Assembly: GCA_905178155.1 (NCBI GenBank)
Contig: CAJINV010000003.1
Coordinates: 121,282-185,281, forward strand
DNA: 64,000 nt
Reading direction: 5' to 3'
DNA from: Amoebophrya sp. A120
Lineage: Eukaryota > Protista > Dinoflagellata
Shown: piece after piece, positions 11,094 through 23,367 of the stretch
How positions within the stretch are numbered: position 1 is the first letter of the stretch
Layout: every line of letters begins with the position of its first letter
Notes under the pieces: model-generated
The model's database searches: none
Seen by the model: only the letters and a program-made list of their open reading frames with translations
Told to the model about the DNA's origin: nothing
Program-made: the position numbers and the translations under genes

Positions 11094-14000
11094 ATGCCAT
11101 TATCTTCGTCGCACCACCGAGTCGTTTCGTTCATGCACTTACCGTCTCTGCTGCTGGCAGTAGGTGGGCTGTTTCACAACTGGCTTTGCGTCCGATGCCA
11201 CGACCACGAGTCTCGCGAATATGATGGCCTCTCATCTGTGGAGCGAACAAGCGAGGGCAGCAGCGTGCTTCTGCCCGGTCGTAACCCCTCGCAGACGCAG
11301 GAGCGACGAAGAGGACCAGCGGCACATCAAGATGGTGTTCAAGAACTTCTGCTTCCTAGAGCTGCTGTTGTTGCTGCGGCAACCGCACTAACCGCCGCCC
11401 CTGGATCTTCTTCGAGTCGGGAGCTGGCCGCGGAGCAGCTGCCGGCGCAGCAACATGCGTACCGCTACAGGAGCTACCAGGAGATTTTGCGGTTTTTCGC
11501 GGACCTGGAGAAGAGCCACCCGCAGTTCGTGCAGACCTGGGACGCCGTCGGGGAGCTGTTCCCCGACGTGGCGGAGGCGAAGAACTGGGCGACCTGCGGG
11601 AACGAGGTCTGCAAGGTGCTGGTGGTGCGCCTGACGGACGAGGCGAAGTTGACCCCCACGACGCCGGAGATTTTCTACAGTGGCGAGCTGCACGGGAACG
11701 AGCGCATCGGGCCGCAGGTGTTGTATCAAATGCAAAGAAATCCGTCTGGGTCTGGAACAGTGCTGGAACTTGTGATGCGTGTCTTGCATTGCTGGAAAAT
11801 CTGTGAGTGTTGTATGAGCAGCAAAAGAGGAGCTTGCTTTGTCATGCAAAAACGCAGTCTGTGATGCGTGCACGTGCTAGGCATCAGTAGGCGTGTCAAA
11901 AACTTGTCACGCTTGGCTGCCATTGCAAGTGCTTCAATCATGCTCAATTCCGCATCACAGGTTTCCAGACCCCGACATATTTGCAATGCATCTGTTGGTG
12001 GAGATGGCCGAGGAGCTGGTCCGGGCCCCGGAGCGGTGGAAGGCCGCGAGAGGGGCCGCGGGCGGGAGTGGGATGAAAATAAATCCGTCTGCGGCGGAGC
12101 GGACCTACCGGGACCTTACGTGGCTGCTGGAAAACCGGTCGGTGTACCTGATCGCCATGAGCAACCCGCACGGGTACTACCACAACACACGGCACGAGCG
12201 CGGCATGGACCCCAACCGCGACTTCCCGTACCTGCAGCCGAAGTGCATGCAGACGGTGACCGCGCGCGTGATCAACGAGTTGTTTCGCCAGCACCTGTTC
12301 CGCGCGATGATCACCTTTCACGGTGGGACGCGCGTCCTGTCCTACGAGTGGGGCAGCAAAAACCACGTAAAGCACATGATGTCCACGGAGGCCCCCGACA
12401 GCGCTTTGCAGGTGGACATCGCGAAGATGATGCAGGCGGCCGCGGGCAAGCAGGGTGCCCGTATGTTTTACCCGATCGGTACGATGACGGACACCATCTA
12501 CTGGGTGGACGGCGGTATGGAGGACTGGAGTTACGCGGCCGGCTGGGAGGGGCCGCAAATCATCCAGCCCTGCCACACCAAGACGTACAAAAATTACCCG
12601 ACCGCGCGGACCACCTACGGAGCAGGGTCGGGAACGGATATTGAGAGGAAAAATCCCCCCTCCCCATATCGAAAAGGTATGTTTCCGAAAATTTGTCTTG
12701 CTGATTTGAGACCCCAAATCAAGTCTGTCTTGCAAGAAGACAACGCCGCAGGCTCTGCCGCACTATGCAGGCGGTTTGTCATGCTGTTGGGCCTACAGCA
12801 TAGACGTTTCTCATGCTAAGCGCCTAGGCCAAAAGCTCTCTACTCAGGCTTGGCAGGAGCCTGCAGTCCTCGCCAGCAAGACAGATCTGATTTGGGTACG
12901 CAAATCCAGCATCAGAAACTTCGTTTTGATATGGGGAGGGGGGATTTTTCCTTTTGATAACCGACATCCGGACCCTTGTGTATCTCGTCGAGACGGACAA
13001 TGCAAAAACGCCTCCGGCGAACACCCTCGGTATGATATTTAAGGCACTTCTTGACGCGATTCAATATACGTGTATATTTATATCAAGCGTGTTTAGTGTT
13101 CTAAAATTTTGATTTATTGTGACAACGAAAAGTTCTTTCAGTGACTACGTTGGTCGTGTACTAGGTAACTCCGGACAACTTTGGGCGGGGACGGACAGTA
13201 CCGACTCTTCGCATGTTCCGCGAAACCTGCGCATGAGCTTGAAGCTACTGGAGATGATGGAACCCGCAGTCCGGGTAACCGCGGACGGGAATTCCTTTCA
13301 CGGCGTGGGCTGTCACACCATCGATAGTGTGCAACTGGTGCAGGTGAAGGACAATACCGACCTCGCGCAGACCCGGTTCGTTGGCTCCAAGGAACAGGAG
13401 ACGGCGGTGGTGGCCCGGGTGCTCGGAAAGTGGGAGAAGCTTCCCTGCCGTGGCCTGGATTTGTGGGGGCCGGCGGGGGGTGCGGCGCAGACAGCCGACG
13501 TTCCGCTCAACGCAACCGTCACTGCCGCGATCGCACAAGGTGGCGGAAAAATCGCCTTTGTCTTATCGAGGTGAAGATGAAATAAGGTGCAACGGCGGGG
13601 GCCTCAGAAGTGAAAACGAAGAGTTCTGATGAAAAAAAAAATTTTTTTTTCCAATGAAGAACTTTCTATCGTATGCATAGCCAGAGAAGCAGCTGCGCTG
13701 GGACGACCTTCTCTGCGTCAGATCGTTCTAGGCGTCCCAAACAGGTCCCACATGAAACGCCCCGCGCTTTCATCTGTGCCTTTGTGCGAGACAGATTGTC
13801 CTCTCGTGCAGCAAAAATTTGTACTGCCCGCACCTGCGGGGTGATCATGAATGTTTCAATCGGGAACAAGTTTCGCAATAGGAATGCTTTGTGCCAGTTC
13901 TGGGATGGTCCTTGGTGCACAAAAAAACTCTTCAACATGATAGCTTGCGACTTTTGATCAGGATTGGGGGAAGCAGACGAACCCCGACCCGAAGCTCCCC

Positions 14001-14762
14001 CCGCAAACGCACCTGGCCAAAAGCCGACTGGAGCCCAGCTACAAAACGACGGTTAAGGACGTCCGGATCGAAACCGGGCGAATCAAGGTGTTTGCCTTTG
14101 CCGATGCAAAGCTACGAGGTTCATCTGCAGTTTCGGTGCCCGCCAGTACGACCGCCGCACCCGCCGTGGCGACCACCACCGCGCCCGCCCCAGCGAAGGC
14201 AGCCGCGGCCACTAGCACGACAAAGGCGCCTGGCGGGGTGACTACTTCTGCAGCGGGAGACGGCCAAAAGGCGAAAACAAAAATTTCGCTGCCTGTCGTC
14301 CCCGCAACCGGAGCGCTCGCAGGGAAGGGTAACAATGTGCCGCGGGAAGGAATAACAAACCCGGCCGCAGGAGCCGCAGCAGCAACAGCAGCGGGTGCAA
14401 AAACTACTTCTAGGGAACAACATCAAGATAGGAACGAGCAGGCGGCGCGGAGCGTGCAGTTTTCCTTGCTGCTGCTAGTCGTCGTGCTCGTGCTTTGCAA
14501 CTTTTCAGTGGTCGTGCGCACGACGGATTCCTGCCTGAACCTGGTCCGGCGAGCGGCGGGACAACCGCAGAAGACGCGGCGTCCGGACCTCGAGCAGCGC
14601 TTCGCGCTCCCGAGCCTGGATGAGGACCTGGAGCAGGGGGACCGCTCGTTGAGCGGTCGCGAAAACCACGATCCAGACTCTGACTTGACGACAGATCCCG
14701 AGCAGCTCTCACATAGTCACAGCTCGATTGCTGAACCGAAACGAACCGAGCGCCGCTCGTGA
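11094..14762 (+). CDS. Zinc carboxypeptidase, peptidase family M14, with C-terminal low-complexity stalk and hydrophobic segment
   Basis: Motifs ELHGNERIG (HxxE), NPHG, DPNRDF, ITFHGG, GGMEDWSY. Frame restored by removing introners 11724-11992 and 12639-12959. Confidence 0.88.
11724..11992. mobile_element. Introner family A
   Basis: DR tgttg/tgttg; TIR with gtctgggtctggaa; right end reads atc; removal gives GPQVL|VEMAEE. Confidence 0.9.
12639..12959. mobile_element. Introner family B (opposite orientation to 5314-5634)
   Basis: Same TIRs and length, internal sequence reverse-complementary to 5314-5634; DR acgga/accga; removal gives GT|DIRTLVYL. Confidence 0.9.
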
Positions 14763-15600
14763 CACGTAGTTTTTTTGCTTTGATTAATTGAAGTGGATAG
14801 GGCACCAGTTCTTGTGGGTCCCCTAGTACTTCTTCCTGTGCCTGTACTTTATACGGTCGTCTATAGCGCTAACGGTAACGGGCTGAAAATTGGAAATACT
14901 AATTTCTGGTGCGGGCGGCGGACGAGGTGCAAGCAGGCATGCGACGACCTAGACTTGTGTTCGTCGTTTTCGGCCAGACACGCGAAGCTGCGAGCACCGC
15001 ATTACTTAATTGCTACCATCAAGGGGCACGGCACCAGTACTACATGGGAAGATGAGAGCTCGTAACAAGTTTTCAAATTTCGCGGTCGTGGGAGATGATC
15101 CTTTCTGCTCGCCTTACGGGTGGTCGAGGAGTTCGTGCAGATGTGACAAAAAGTGCGAATAGAGATGAACCTTGAGAATCTACTTCGCGAAGGAGCTGCT
15201 CTTCAGAATCTAGAAGATCAAGGAAGATCTTTGGCTAAATTTCATGGACGTGTCGTGGGGGTTACATTTTACCCACACGAGGATGAATTACGCATGCAGA
15301 AGATCACGTTATCTTGTTTTCAAACGATGCGTATTGCGTGACAGTCTGCGATCCTGAAAATGAAAAATCTTTGCGGGTCTCTGTAGCGTCGAATCAAGAA
15401 TTGCTGGATTATCTCCTCGTTCTGAGTCTGAAGGCACGGCAACATGCTAAGTAGCCACGATAAAAATATTGCGCCGACGCTGAGAAAAAGGTGAACGCGG
15501 CTTCACGTTGTTGTTTTACGCCTGACGGCCTTGGCGTGAAGAAGTTGATCAGTGTCAGATAGCAAGTTGATCGACCTCTCTTACTTTCTTGAAATTCAAA

Positions 15601-18600
15601 ATGAACACACTGAGGGTATATTACAACGCGCACGCAGGAGGAGGCAGAGTGGGCGGCAGAGCAGACGCGTTCTTGTCAGCCTCTCCACGTCTAGCACTGA
15701 AGCTGCTGATCTTTGTGGGAATAACGACTTCTGCTGTGATCTCCCGACGGATTGGCAATAGTCCACAAAACATTCAAGTGCAAAAATCACGACCAGAGGA
15801 CTTTCTGAGGAAAAGTCAGATGGCATCAAGCGCGAGTACCAAACGAGGCTTGTCTACTAGTATCACGCCCAGTGCAGCTACTAGGCGTAACAACTCAACA
15901 TCCTCTTCTCTGTTTTTCACACCTACAAGAACTTCGCACCCTCCTTCAATTGCCAACTCTGGGCCGGTGAATGAAAATATGGAAGCCAAAATGACTGCGG
16001 GTACAGCTGATGCCACGACGAGCAAAATAAATCCGTCGCCTTTTAGTAGTACATCAACCAGCTCCGACGGTGACAGGAGCAGTGTGGGGCAGATTCCGGT
16101 GTACAAGATTTTCGTGGATTACTCCGATGCGGCGAACCTGCACCGCAATCTCGGACGGGCTATCGGGCTCAAGGCGAAGGACATCCTGCAAAGCTGGGCG
16201 CACTCCTGGGCGGAGGAGGTTGGTGGTGGTGGCAAGGAAGATGAGATGGACGCGGAGATGCGCGGGGTGCTGGATATGGATGGACACAATACCGCTGCGG
16301 TACCATCGCGACTTCGCTCATGATCGAAAAAATCTTGCGATCATGAGCGAAAAACAAAGAAAAAAACGGTGATGAATCGCGACGGTGGCGCTCTGTCTGT
16401 GGGTTTTGGTATCACCGCGCGGCCATCAGTGGCACACTTTTAGTTGCTGACAGGCAGCCACCTTTTCGTGGTGAGGCAGGCGTTGCCGCGAAGAAACCAG
16501 CTGCGCAAAGCGGTGGGCCTGCGCTCACCGCGCAGCCTGCGCCCGGGCCTGGGCATCTTCACCATACGTGCTTGGCGACCGTGCCTTGCGCCGACACGCA
16601 GCGCCAAAGAGCCCGCCCTCCATCGCCGAAAGGGGGCGAGACCACTGCCATTTTGCCGTCCCCCCTTTTGCCCGCGCGCCCATACCTGCGCGACGAACAG
16701 TCCGCGCCATGAAATCGGGCTGCCACCGCAGCGGCCCGCCAGGCCGCATCCAGCCAGCGGCAGACCACACACAGGAGCGCAGCGTCCGCCTACCTTTTTC
16801 TGTGCCAGCCTAGTGCCGGCCGCCCGCGCTCGCCACACATAGGCAGCATTCTCGGACGGGGCCGAGGGCGCCGGAGCTGCTGCCGCTGGCCACGCCTGCG
16901 TCTTCGCAGCGGCGTGGGCGTTGCAACGAGCAGCTCCGTGGGGCGTAGGCGGAGCCGGCCCCGCGCCTGCGATGCGGCAATGGGCAGTCTCAATGGGTGT
17001 GCCTGTGGTGGTGGCTTCGCCGGTTCTGGTAGTTAGGTTTGAGATTGGGGGCACAGCGCTTGGGGTTTGCGCCTAGCTTGCGTGGCCGTGTCCCCACCCC
17101 ACCCATGGATGTCTGATTAGTTAGACACAATAGCCAGCCCGCATTGTAATTGTAAATTTTCTGATCTTGTGGGGACGGTCAGGCAGCGCGGGACCTACTC
17201 GCCCGGTGTGCGAAACCATTCCGCGCCATGTGCCTGCCGCCCCCACGGATCTAGCTCGATGACGGTCGCTGTGGCATCGCGATTGCGCGCGTTTCCCAGC
17301 ACTACTGAACGAGCCCACTTTTCGATCATGATCGAACTCGCGATGGTACCGCAACGGAAGAGTGTCCATCCATAGTGCTGGAGCAGGGGGGTGGTGGTGG
17401 CAAGGAGGAGCTTGACGCGGAGATGCGCGGGGTGCTGGAGCAGGTGGGCAGCTAAAAATGTCTGCAGCTAAAAAAATCAAAATTTTGACACACTACGGAG
17501 CGAGGCTGTTGCTTGGGTGTTTGTCATCGTGCGCAATCGTATCGAACGGGCGAAATCTTGACGCCCGACATGCTTGCTGACTCTCTCAGGTTCTTGGGTG
17601 TGTGCCCCCCTGCACCTGTTGCGCGGAGGAACAGGCCGCCAACTCGCATTACACATTGCCGCTTTTTGCGCCCCGTCTTGGGTCAACTTTGTGGCCCGAA
17701 TCACAAATCTGAGCCCCTACATCAGCAGAATGCCGTGCTGTGAGGGTTCAGATTTGTGATGCAAAACGTGGCTTTCCGGAAAACGTCTGCACCTCGGCCA
17801 CTGAGGTCCCAAGTGGAGGTGCAGACGTTTTCCGGAAAGGAGGGGAAAAGTGGGCCTCATAGCCCGTGTTTGTCTGCGTTCCGGAAAACGTCTGCACCTC
17901 CGAAATTGGCCTCCAGATGAGGTGTCCTCGGACACCTTTTCGGAGTCGTCCCGAGTCGCGGACCTCCGGGGCGACAAATTGCGGCCGCCCTTTTCGCACG
18001 GCCCCGAACTGTATCGGGCTCAATTTGCAGGCAAAAGCCTGCAATTTGAGCTCATACCCGAGTCGGCCTCCTCCGAGGCCACTCTTTTTGGACTAAAATT
18101 GCCCCTCGCGCGGGGTCGTCGAGCAAACGACGCAGGAATGGATCGCAGCACCTCGGCCAAGTTCTACAGCACGGAGTCCACGGCGCTCGCAAGCGGGCGG
18201 CAGTCCGGGCGAGAAGAGAAGGACAGAAACCGCACTACCAAAAATTTTGTTTTTTTTTGCTGCAGACATTTTTCCATTTAGTATGGCAAGGAGGAGCTTG
18301 ACGCGGAGATGCGCGGGGTGCTGGAGCAGGTGGTAGGCACTGAACCACTTCGACAAAGTAAAAAAGTTGAGATTGACTTAAGACCCGAGTTGAGATCGAG
18401 TCGAAATTTGCATGATCTGGGCATTCATTAGCAGCGACGTTTCTAGTGCCCAAAATTTCCAGAAGCGTGTATGTGGATAGGATAGCTGTGCGAGGTGCTT
18501 TTGTGCGTCCCCATTGTTGCTTCTGTCCAAAGCGTGAGGATGAGCTCCCTCGTGCTCGACCGGGTGGGCAGTAAATCTGGATCTTGCATATTCAGGGCGA

Positions 18601-21600
18601 GCTTTTTTTCGGGTGAAAAAAGCTGCAATGTTTCCACTCCGTCGAGATCGAATCAAGAGTAAGTTGAGACCGAGTGGACACGGACGGAGTTGAGACCGAG
18701 TTGCGATCGCGCTCGCTGGAATCGAGTTGAGACCGAGTTAAGATCGACTTGAGATCGACTTGACTTCGAGTTGAGATCGAGTTGAGATCGAGCCATCCTC
18801 GAGTTGAGATTTTCACCCTTTTTTCACTGAAAAAAGGAGCAAGCTTTTCTTCAGCTGAAAAATCACGCGGCGCTTTTTTTCAGCTGAAAAAAAGCACACG
18901 AAAAAGTACAAGGGCACAACTTTTCAACTGAAAAAAAGCGCAAGGGCGCAATTTTTCAGCTGAAAAAAAGCGCAAGGGGGTAAGTTTCCAGCTGAAAAAA
19001 GCGCCGTATGAGTTCACACCTCGTTCGATTTTTCAGTGACAAAAAAGTGAAAATCTCAACTCGATCTCAACTCGGTCTCAACTCGGTCTCAGCTCGATGT
19101 CAACTCGATGTCAACTCGATGCCAACTCGATGCCAGCTTGCTCGATCTCAACTAGATCCCAACTCGGTTCCAGCTTGCTCCCTCTCCGCTCGATCTTGGT
19201 TCAATCTCGATGTGTTGCTCATCATCTGCGCACTTCTCGAGTCTCGTCGAGGCTGGAAATTGAGCCATGAATTCGCGCTCGAACAAAGCGTCTTGGCGGT
19301 TTTTTTCAGCTGAAAAAGTGCGCCTTTCCTTTGCGCGCTTTTCAGCTGCAAAAAGCACAGCTAGGGTGCTCGTTCTAGCAGGACCAGGAGTAACTCTGAA
19401 CATTTACACGAACGCCCGCGACACATTTAGCCACAACGCCAGCACTGTTTGAACTCGATCTCAACTGGGTCACTGGGCAATTTCCCGAAAAAGTCTTTGT
19501 CGATGTGGTTCAGTGCCAAAGGAGGAGCTTGGCGCGGAGATGCGCGGGGTGCTGGAGCAGGTGGGCGACACGCAAATGCGCGACATGCGGGCCTGGATCC
19601 GGGCCAGCGAGGAGCACCGCCAGATCTACGAGCAGATCAAGCACGACTCGGTGACGGCCTTTCCCGAGTACCACACGGAGTTGCAGGCCGTGGCGGAGGC
19701 GGCGGAGGTGCCGCTGGAAGACTTGCTGCTGTCGAACCTGTATGCATTGCAAATGTGTCTGGGTCTGGAAGAGTTTGAACTTGTGACGCAAACTCTGGAA
19801 CACACAAAAATTTGTGTTGCATGAGCGCCAAAAGCAGCCTATTTCTTGATACGAAAGTACGGAAGTTTCTCATGCGGGCCAGGCATCAAGAGGCGTGCGC
19901 GTGCTCGAAACTCAAATTTGTGATGCTTTTGCCTGCATCAGACACAATTTGCGTTAGCCGAAATATGCATGACAAATCTCGAAATCTTCCATACCCAGAC
20001 ATATTTGCATTTGATAACCTGCGCGGCGAAATCCTGCAGTACTCCGACCCTATGGACACGACGAAAAAATCTTGCACCGACGTATTCTTTCGGCCTCCAC
20101 CACGACCAGCGAGAACAGCAGGTCAGAGGACCGGCGAAAAAGGGATAATTTTGGCGCAGGCCGATGAATTACCTGTTCGGGATGCCGAACTACAAGGTCG
20201 TTTGCCACGCCCAGCTGTTGCAGAGGTTTCCTCGCCCGGCCCGCTCCAGGCACACAACGACGACTGGGACCGGCCCTGGCAGCACATGAGTTACATATGA
20301 GAGCGCACAACCCCCCCTACCCCTCGTTTGTATGGCATGAACAGCAATACAAGCTTCGGCAAGAGTGCAGGTTTTGCATGACAAAATCGCTTAGGACCGT
20401 ACTGCTGTTTGGGCTGCCAGAACCTGTCATGCAAAAAGTGCTAAGAGGCAAAGGGTGGATTTGGGATTTTTGTGACCCTAGATCTCCTGCGTCCGAAGCT
20501 GCTTGCGGCGACGGTGCAAAGGTTTTTGATGTGGTGCAGTCGGGTATGCATGACAAAAGAGGGGGAGAGGGACTTGTGCACTGTTATACTACTTTGTGGA
20601 GGTGTATGACAGTTCGGACGGCTCCTTTGCGTTCTTCTCCTACTGCTTCCCGGGGTTTTTACCCGGCATGGATTTCTTGGTCAACCGCTTTGGCGTGACC
20701 ATGACGGTGAATTCCCTGTTTCCGGCCCGGTTCGGCGTGCGCGGCGTGGGCACGGCGTTTCTCAGCCGCGCGGTCGTGGACAGCCGCAGTATGGAGGAAG
20801 CGATCCGGGTCATCACGGACACGCGGGCCAGCACCGGCGGCTCCTGGAACGTGGGGCAAATGGCAGTTCGTGGAGGTAGTTTTCGAGCGGATATTAAAAA
20901 TGCAGTGAACAATGATCGTGCTCGTGCACCGGTACAACTGATACCACATCAAGGACAACGAGCGCCCATGCTCGTGAATGTCGAGACGGCAACCGATGGC
21001 GCCTCCCACGTGTTGCATATCTTCAGTGACGACGCCCCATCGGTGGACCCAGTAGTTTCTTCCGCGAGTTCTTCATCTCCACCACCCTCGGACAACATCG
21101 ACGAACCAGGCGGGAGCCGTAGTAGAAGTTCGCCAGAACAATCTTCCTACTACTTTCACGCAAACGAGTATCGACACCTGGACCTGAAGGACAGCGGCGG
21201 TTTTTTCTCCGATCCCTCGACGGAGCACCGCTTGCAGCGGTTCCAGGAGCTCTTTGTTCCTGCTGAAGAAGACGAGGAGGTTGATGTTCAAGACGCGTCC
21301 AAGAAAGCGGAGGACGCGACGAGGTCGTGGACCCAGGGAGCTAGTTCCCCTGCGGCCCGGCTGCTCAATTACCTCGCAGACCAGACGGATCCGGTCTACC
21401 CTGTATTCCGCGAAAATTCTAGCGACAAGGACCCGGTGTGGACTGAGGTGACCGGGCTGTTTAACTTTGAGCAGGGCACCCTGTCTCTTTTTGAGCACTT
21501 GGCGACAAATTTGGACCGAGTTCCTGACTATGTATTCTCGTTTTCTTCATCTAGTACAACCGGGGGAGCAAGAGAAAGAGCAGCGCCCACGACGCCCGGA

Positions 21601-21687
21601 ACTAGTAGTACAACTCTGACGGGCACGGGCCGCGGCCAGGAGGAGAAGACGGGTCTTGCACCAGACACGATGGAAGTCTACCAGTAA
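15601..21687 (+). CDS. Peptidase C45 / acyl-CoA:6-APA acyltransferase-like Ntn hydrolase
   Basis: Spliced product has FPEYHTELQAVAEAA...NLRGEI...SCTD (N-terminal Cys nucleophile type)...AHNDD...PGFLPG...VNRFGVTMTVNSL...FHANEY. Interrupted by 3 introner-type elements and 2 long-DR inserts. Start approximate. Confidence 0.82.
16275..17374. mobile_element. 1.1-kb TAT...ATA TIR element (family F)
   Basis: ~55-bp imperfect TIR tatggatggacac...gtgtccatccata; 8-bp DR gtgctgga on both sides; removal restores RGVLEQGGGG frame. Confidence 0.85.
17450..18284. mobile_element. ~835-bp insert with inverted ends, flanked by ~50-bp direct duplication of exon
   Basis: Ends aaaatgtctgcagctaaaaaaatcaaaattttg / caaaattttg(t)ngctgcagacatttt; flanks ggcaaggaggagcttgacgcggagatgcgcggggtgctggagcaggtgg at 17399 and 18285; internal ttccggaaaacgtctgcacctc repeats. 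Confidence 0.85.
18334..19518. mobile_element. ~1.18-kb foldback-like insert flanked by ~47-bp direct duplication of exon
   Basis: TIR ggcactgaaccacttcgacaaag / ctttgtcgatgtggttcagtgcc; internal gagttgagatcg repeats mirrored by cgatctcaactc repeats; ttcagctgaa palindromes. Confidence 0.85.
19741..20016. mobile_element. Introner family A
   Basis: DR acctg/acctg; removal gives SNL|RGEILQ. Confidence 0.9.
20296..20588. mobile_element. Introner family C
   Basis: tatgagagcgcacaacccccc...gggacttgtgcactgttata; degenerate DR ttaca/ctact; removal gives HMSY|FVEVY. Confidence 0.82.
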
Positions 21688-23367
21688 AGAGAGCATCTTT
21701 TATTTCCTGACCCAGAGGAGCGATCAAAATGAGTACCTGTCCATAATCAAATGCAGTCGCAGACGCCTCGTAAAATGCGTATCTAGTATCTGCTCCCAAC
21801 ATATAAGGAAAAGGATTCCATTTTTGCCCCGCTGCAAATTTCGAACAAAGCAGCCGGCGTGTGCTTTCCCCGCTTCCCACTGCTAGTTTTCTGGGAAACG
21901 GAAACCAAACGAAATACTACGAGAAGAAACACAGAACTTCTTACGCTCTGCGGTGCGACTTCTAGTGTGCGTTCATATAGGTTCGTTGTCGACCACCTGC
22001 TCGAGAAGTGGCTCGTGTGATCATAACTTGACAGTTTGATCATAAAGCTCGTGTTTCTGATTCTGACATGGACACCGATCCTCGAGTACGTTTTTTGATT
22101 GAAAGAACGGCTCCTACCGTACTGAGACCGCTTTTGATGTGACGGTATGTGTAAAGTAAATATCGGTTGAAGTAAGTAGAACTGGGAGCCCAGTCTAGAA
22201 GTACTCGCACAAGCGAACGCACTATTCGGTAGCTCATTATCGTGCAACACAAAACCGCGGTTTGGGTTTTTTGAAAAGCTACAAGCAACGTCGTTTCCAA
22301 AACAAGTAGGCGGCTTGCTGCAATGAGATGCGTCGGTAGAAGATGTTGAGCATCGGTCTGGAATAAAACTAAGTGCTACAACGAAAATCGGTGAATATTT
22401 TGCAGGTATCTCTATTAGTACAACTGATTCGTGCGAATGCGAAAAATCGTTCTGGTAAGTCGTTCTTTCCAAAGGAAAGAACGGAAATTCGTGTCGGTTT
22501 GTGGTTCGTGAAAGGTTTCGAAAACCTCGGATTGCACGAAAAATCGTTCTGTGATCGTTCATGATGGAAAAGTGCTGAATCGTGCAAAATACCGCTCTAA
22601 GGACGCGAAAGTCTCTCCGCTTCCGTTTCGAGAACGGGAGTGGAAAAAATAAGTAAGCCGCGACAGCTTAGTATCGTGCAGCGCCATAAGGCTGGTAAGT
22701 CGCCTAGGCGTGGTCACGTTGAAAGTTTTTGAACATTAAACGCCGCCGGCCTACACCTAAAACTCCAGGTTGACGCACACGACTTCGAGTGCTGTTTGTG
22801 GATTCATCCCAAGCGGCTTCGCGTTATTGTGCACAACGAAATCATTCGCTCTGTACTCTCCCCCTTTAAAAAGTTCGTGGCATTTATTTACTATCAGAAT
22901 TAAATACTTGAAAATCTTACTTTGGAAGGCAACTACAGCAACTTGTTGGTTTGTTTCTGCAAGAACATCCAGTATCTGCAGCAACCTACGAAGGAACAAC
23001 GATAAGTCTAGTGCCAGTTCTCGTCCTTGAGCCTAATTCACTGCAAAACTCACTGACCACCATCAAAACGACCGCACCCAAGAGGAATTATTAATTTTCA
23101 TTTCACAATAAACGACCGAAAAACTCCAAGCTTCATACAACTTGTAATATTTCGTGAAGAGGTCGCACTAGAGGAGCGACGGAAAAAATATTACTTTCGC
23201 AAACACCTCCACCCAACGCAACAAGAACCGCTTACTTACGACGTGAAGACCGTGGGCGGCTGCAACGTAGTTCGAGTTCCACAAAAATTTCCGACGATCC
23301 GGATCCAGCTGCAAAAACACGAGAAGAAGACTGCAAAACCTGTTGTAGTTCCTAGGAGCAGGACACC

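Noticed and set aside
20160-20249. Possible GC-AG intron between LAQ and AHNDD in the C45 gene
   Set aside because: In frame and stop-free, so it cannot be distinguished from a coding insertion without RNA data.
21783-22999. Minus-strand ORFs (259 aa and 80 aa) in the duplicated upstream region
   Set aside because: No recognisable domain, and the frame is not preserved in the duplicate at 32330-33400.
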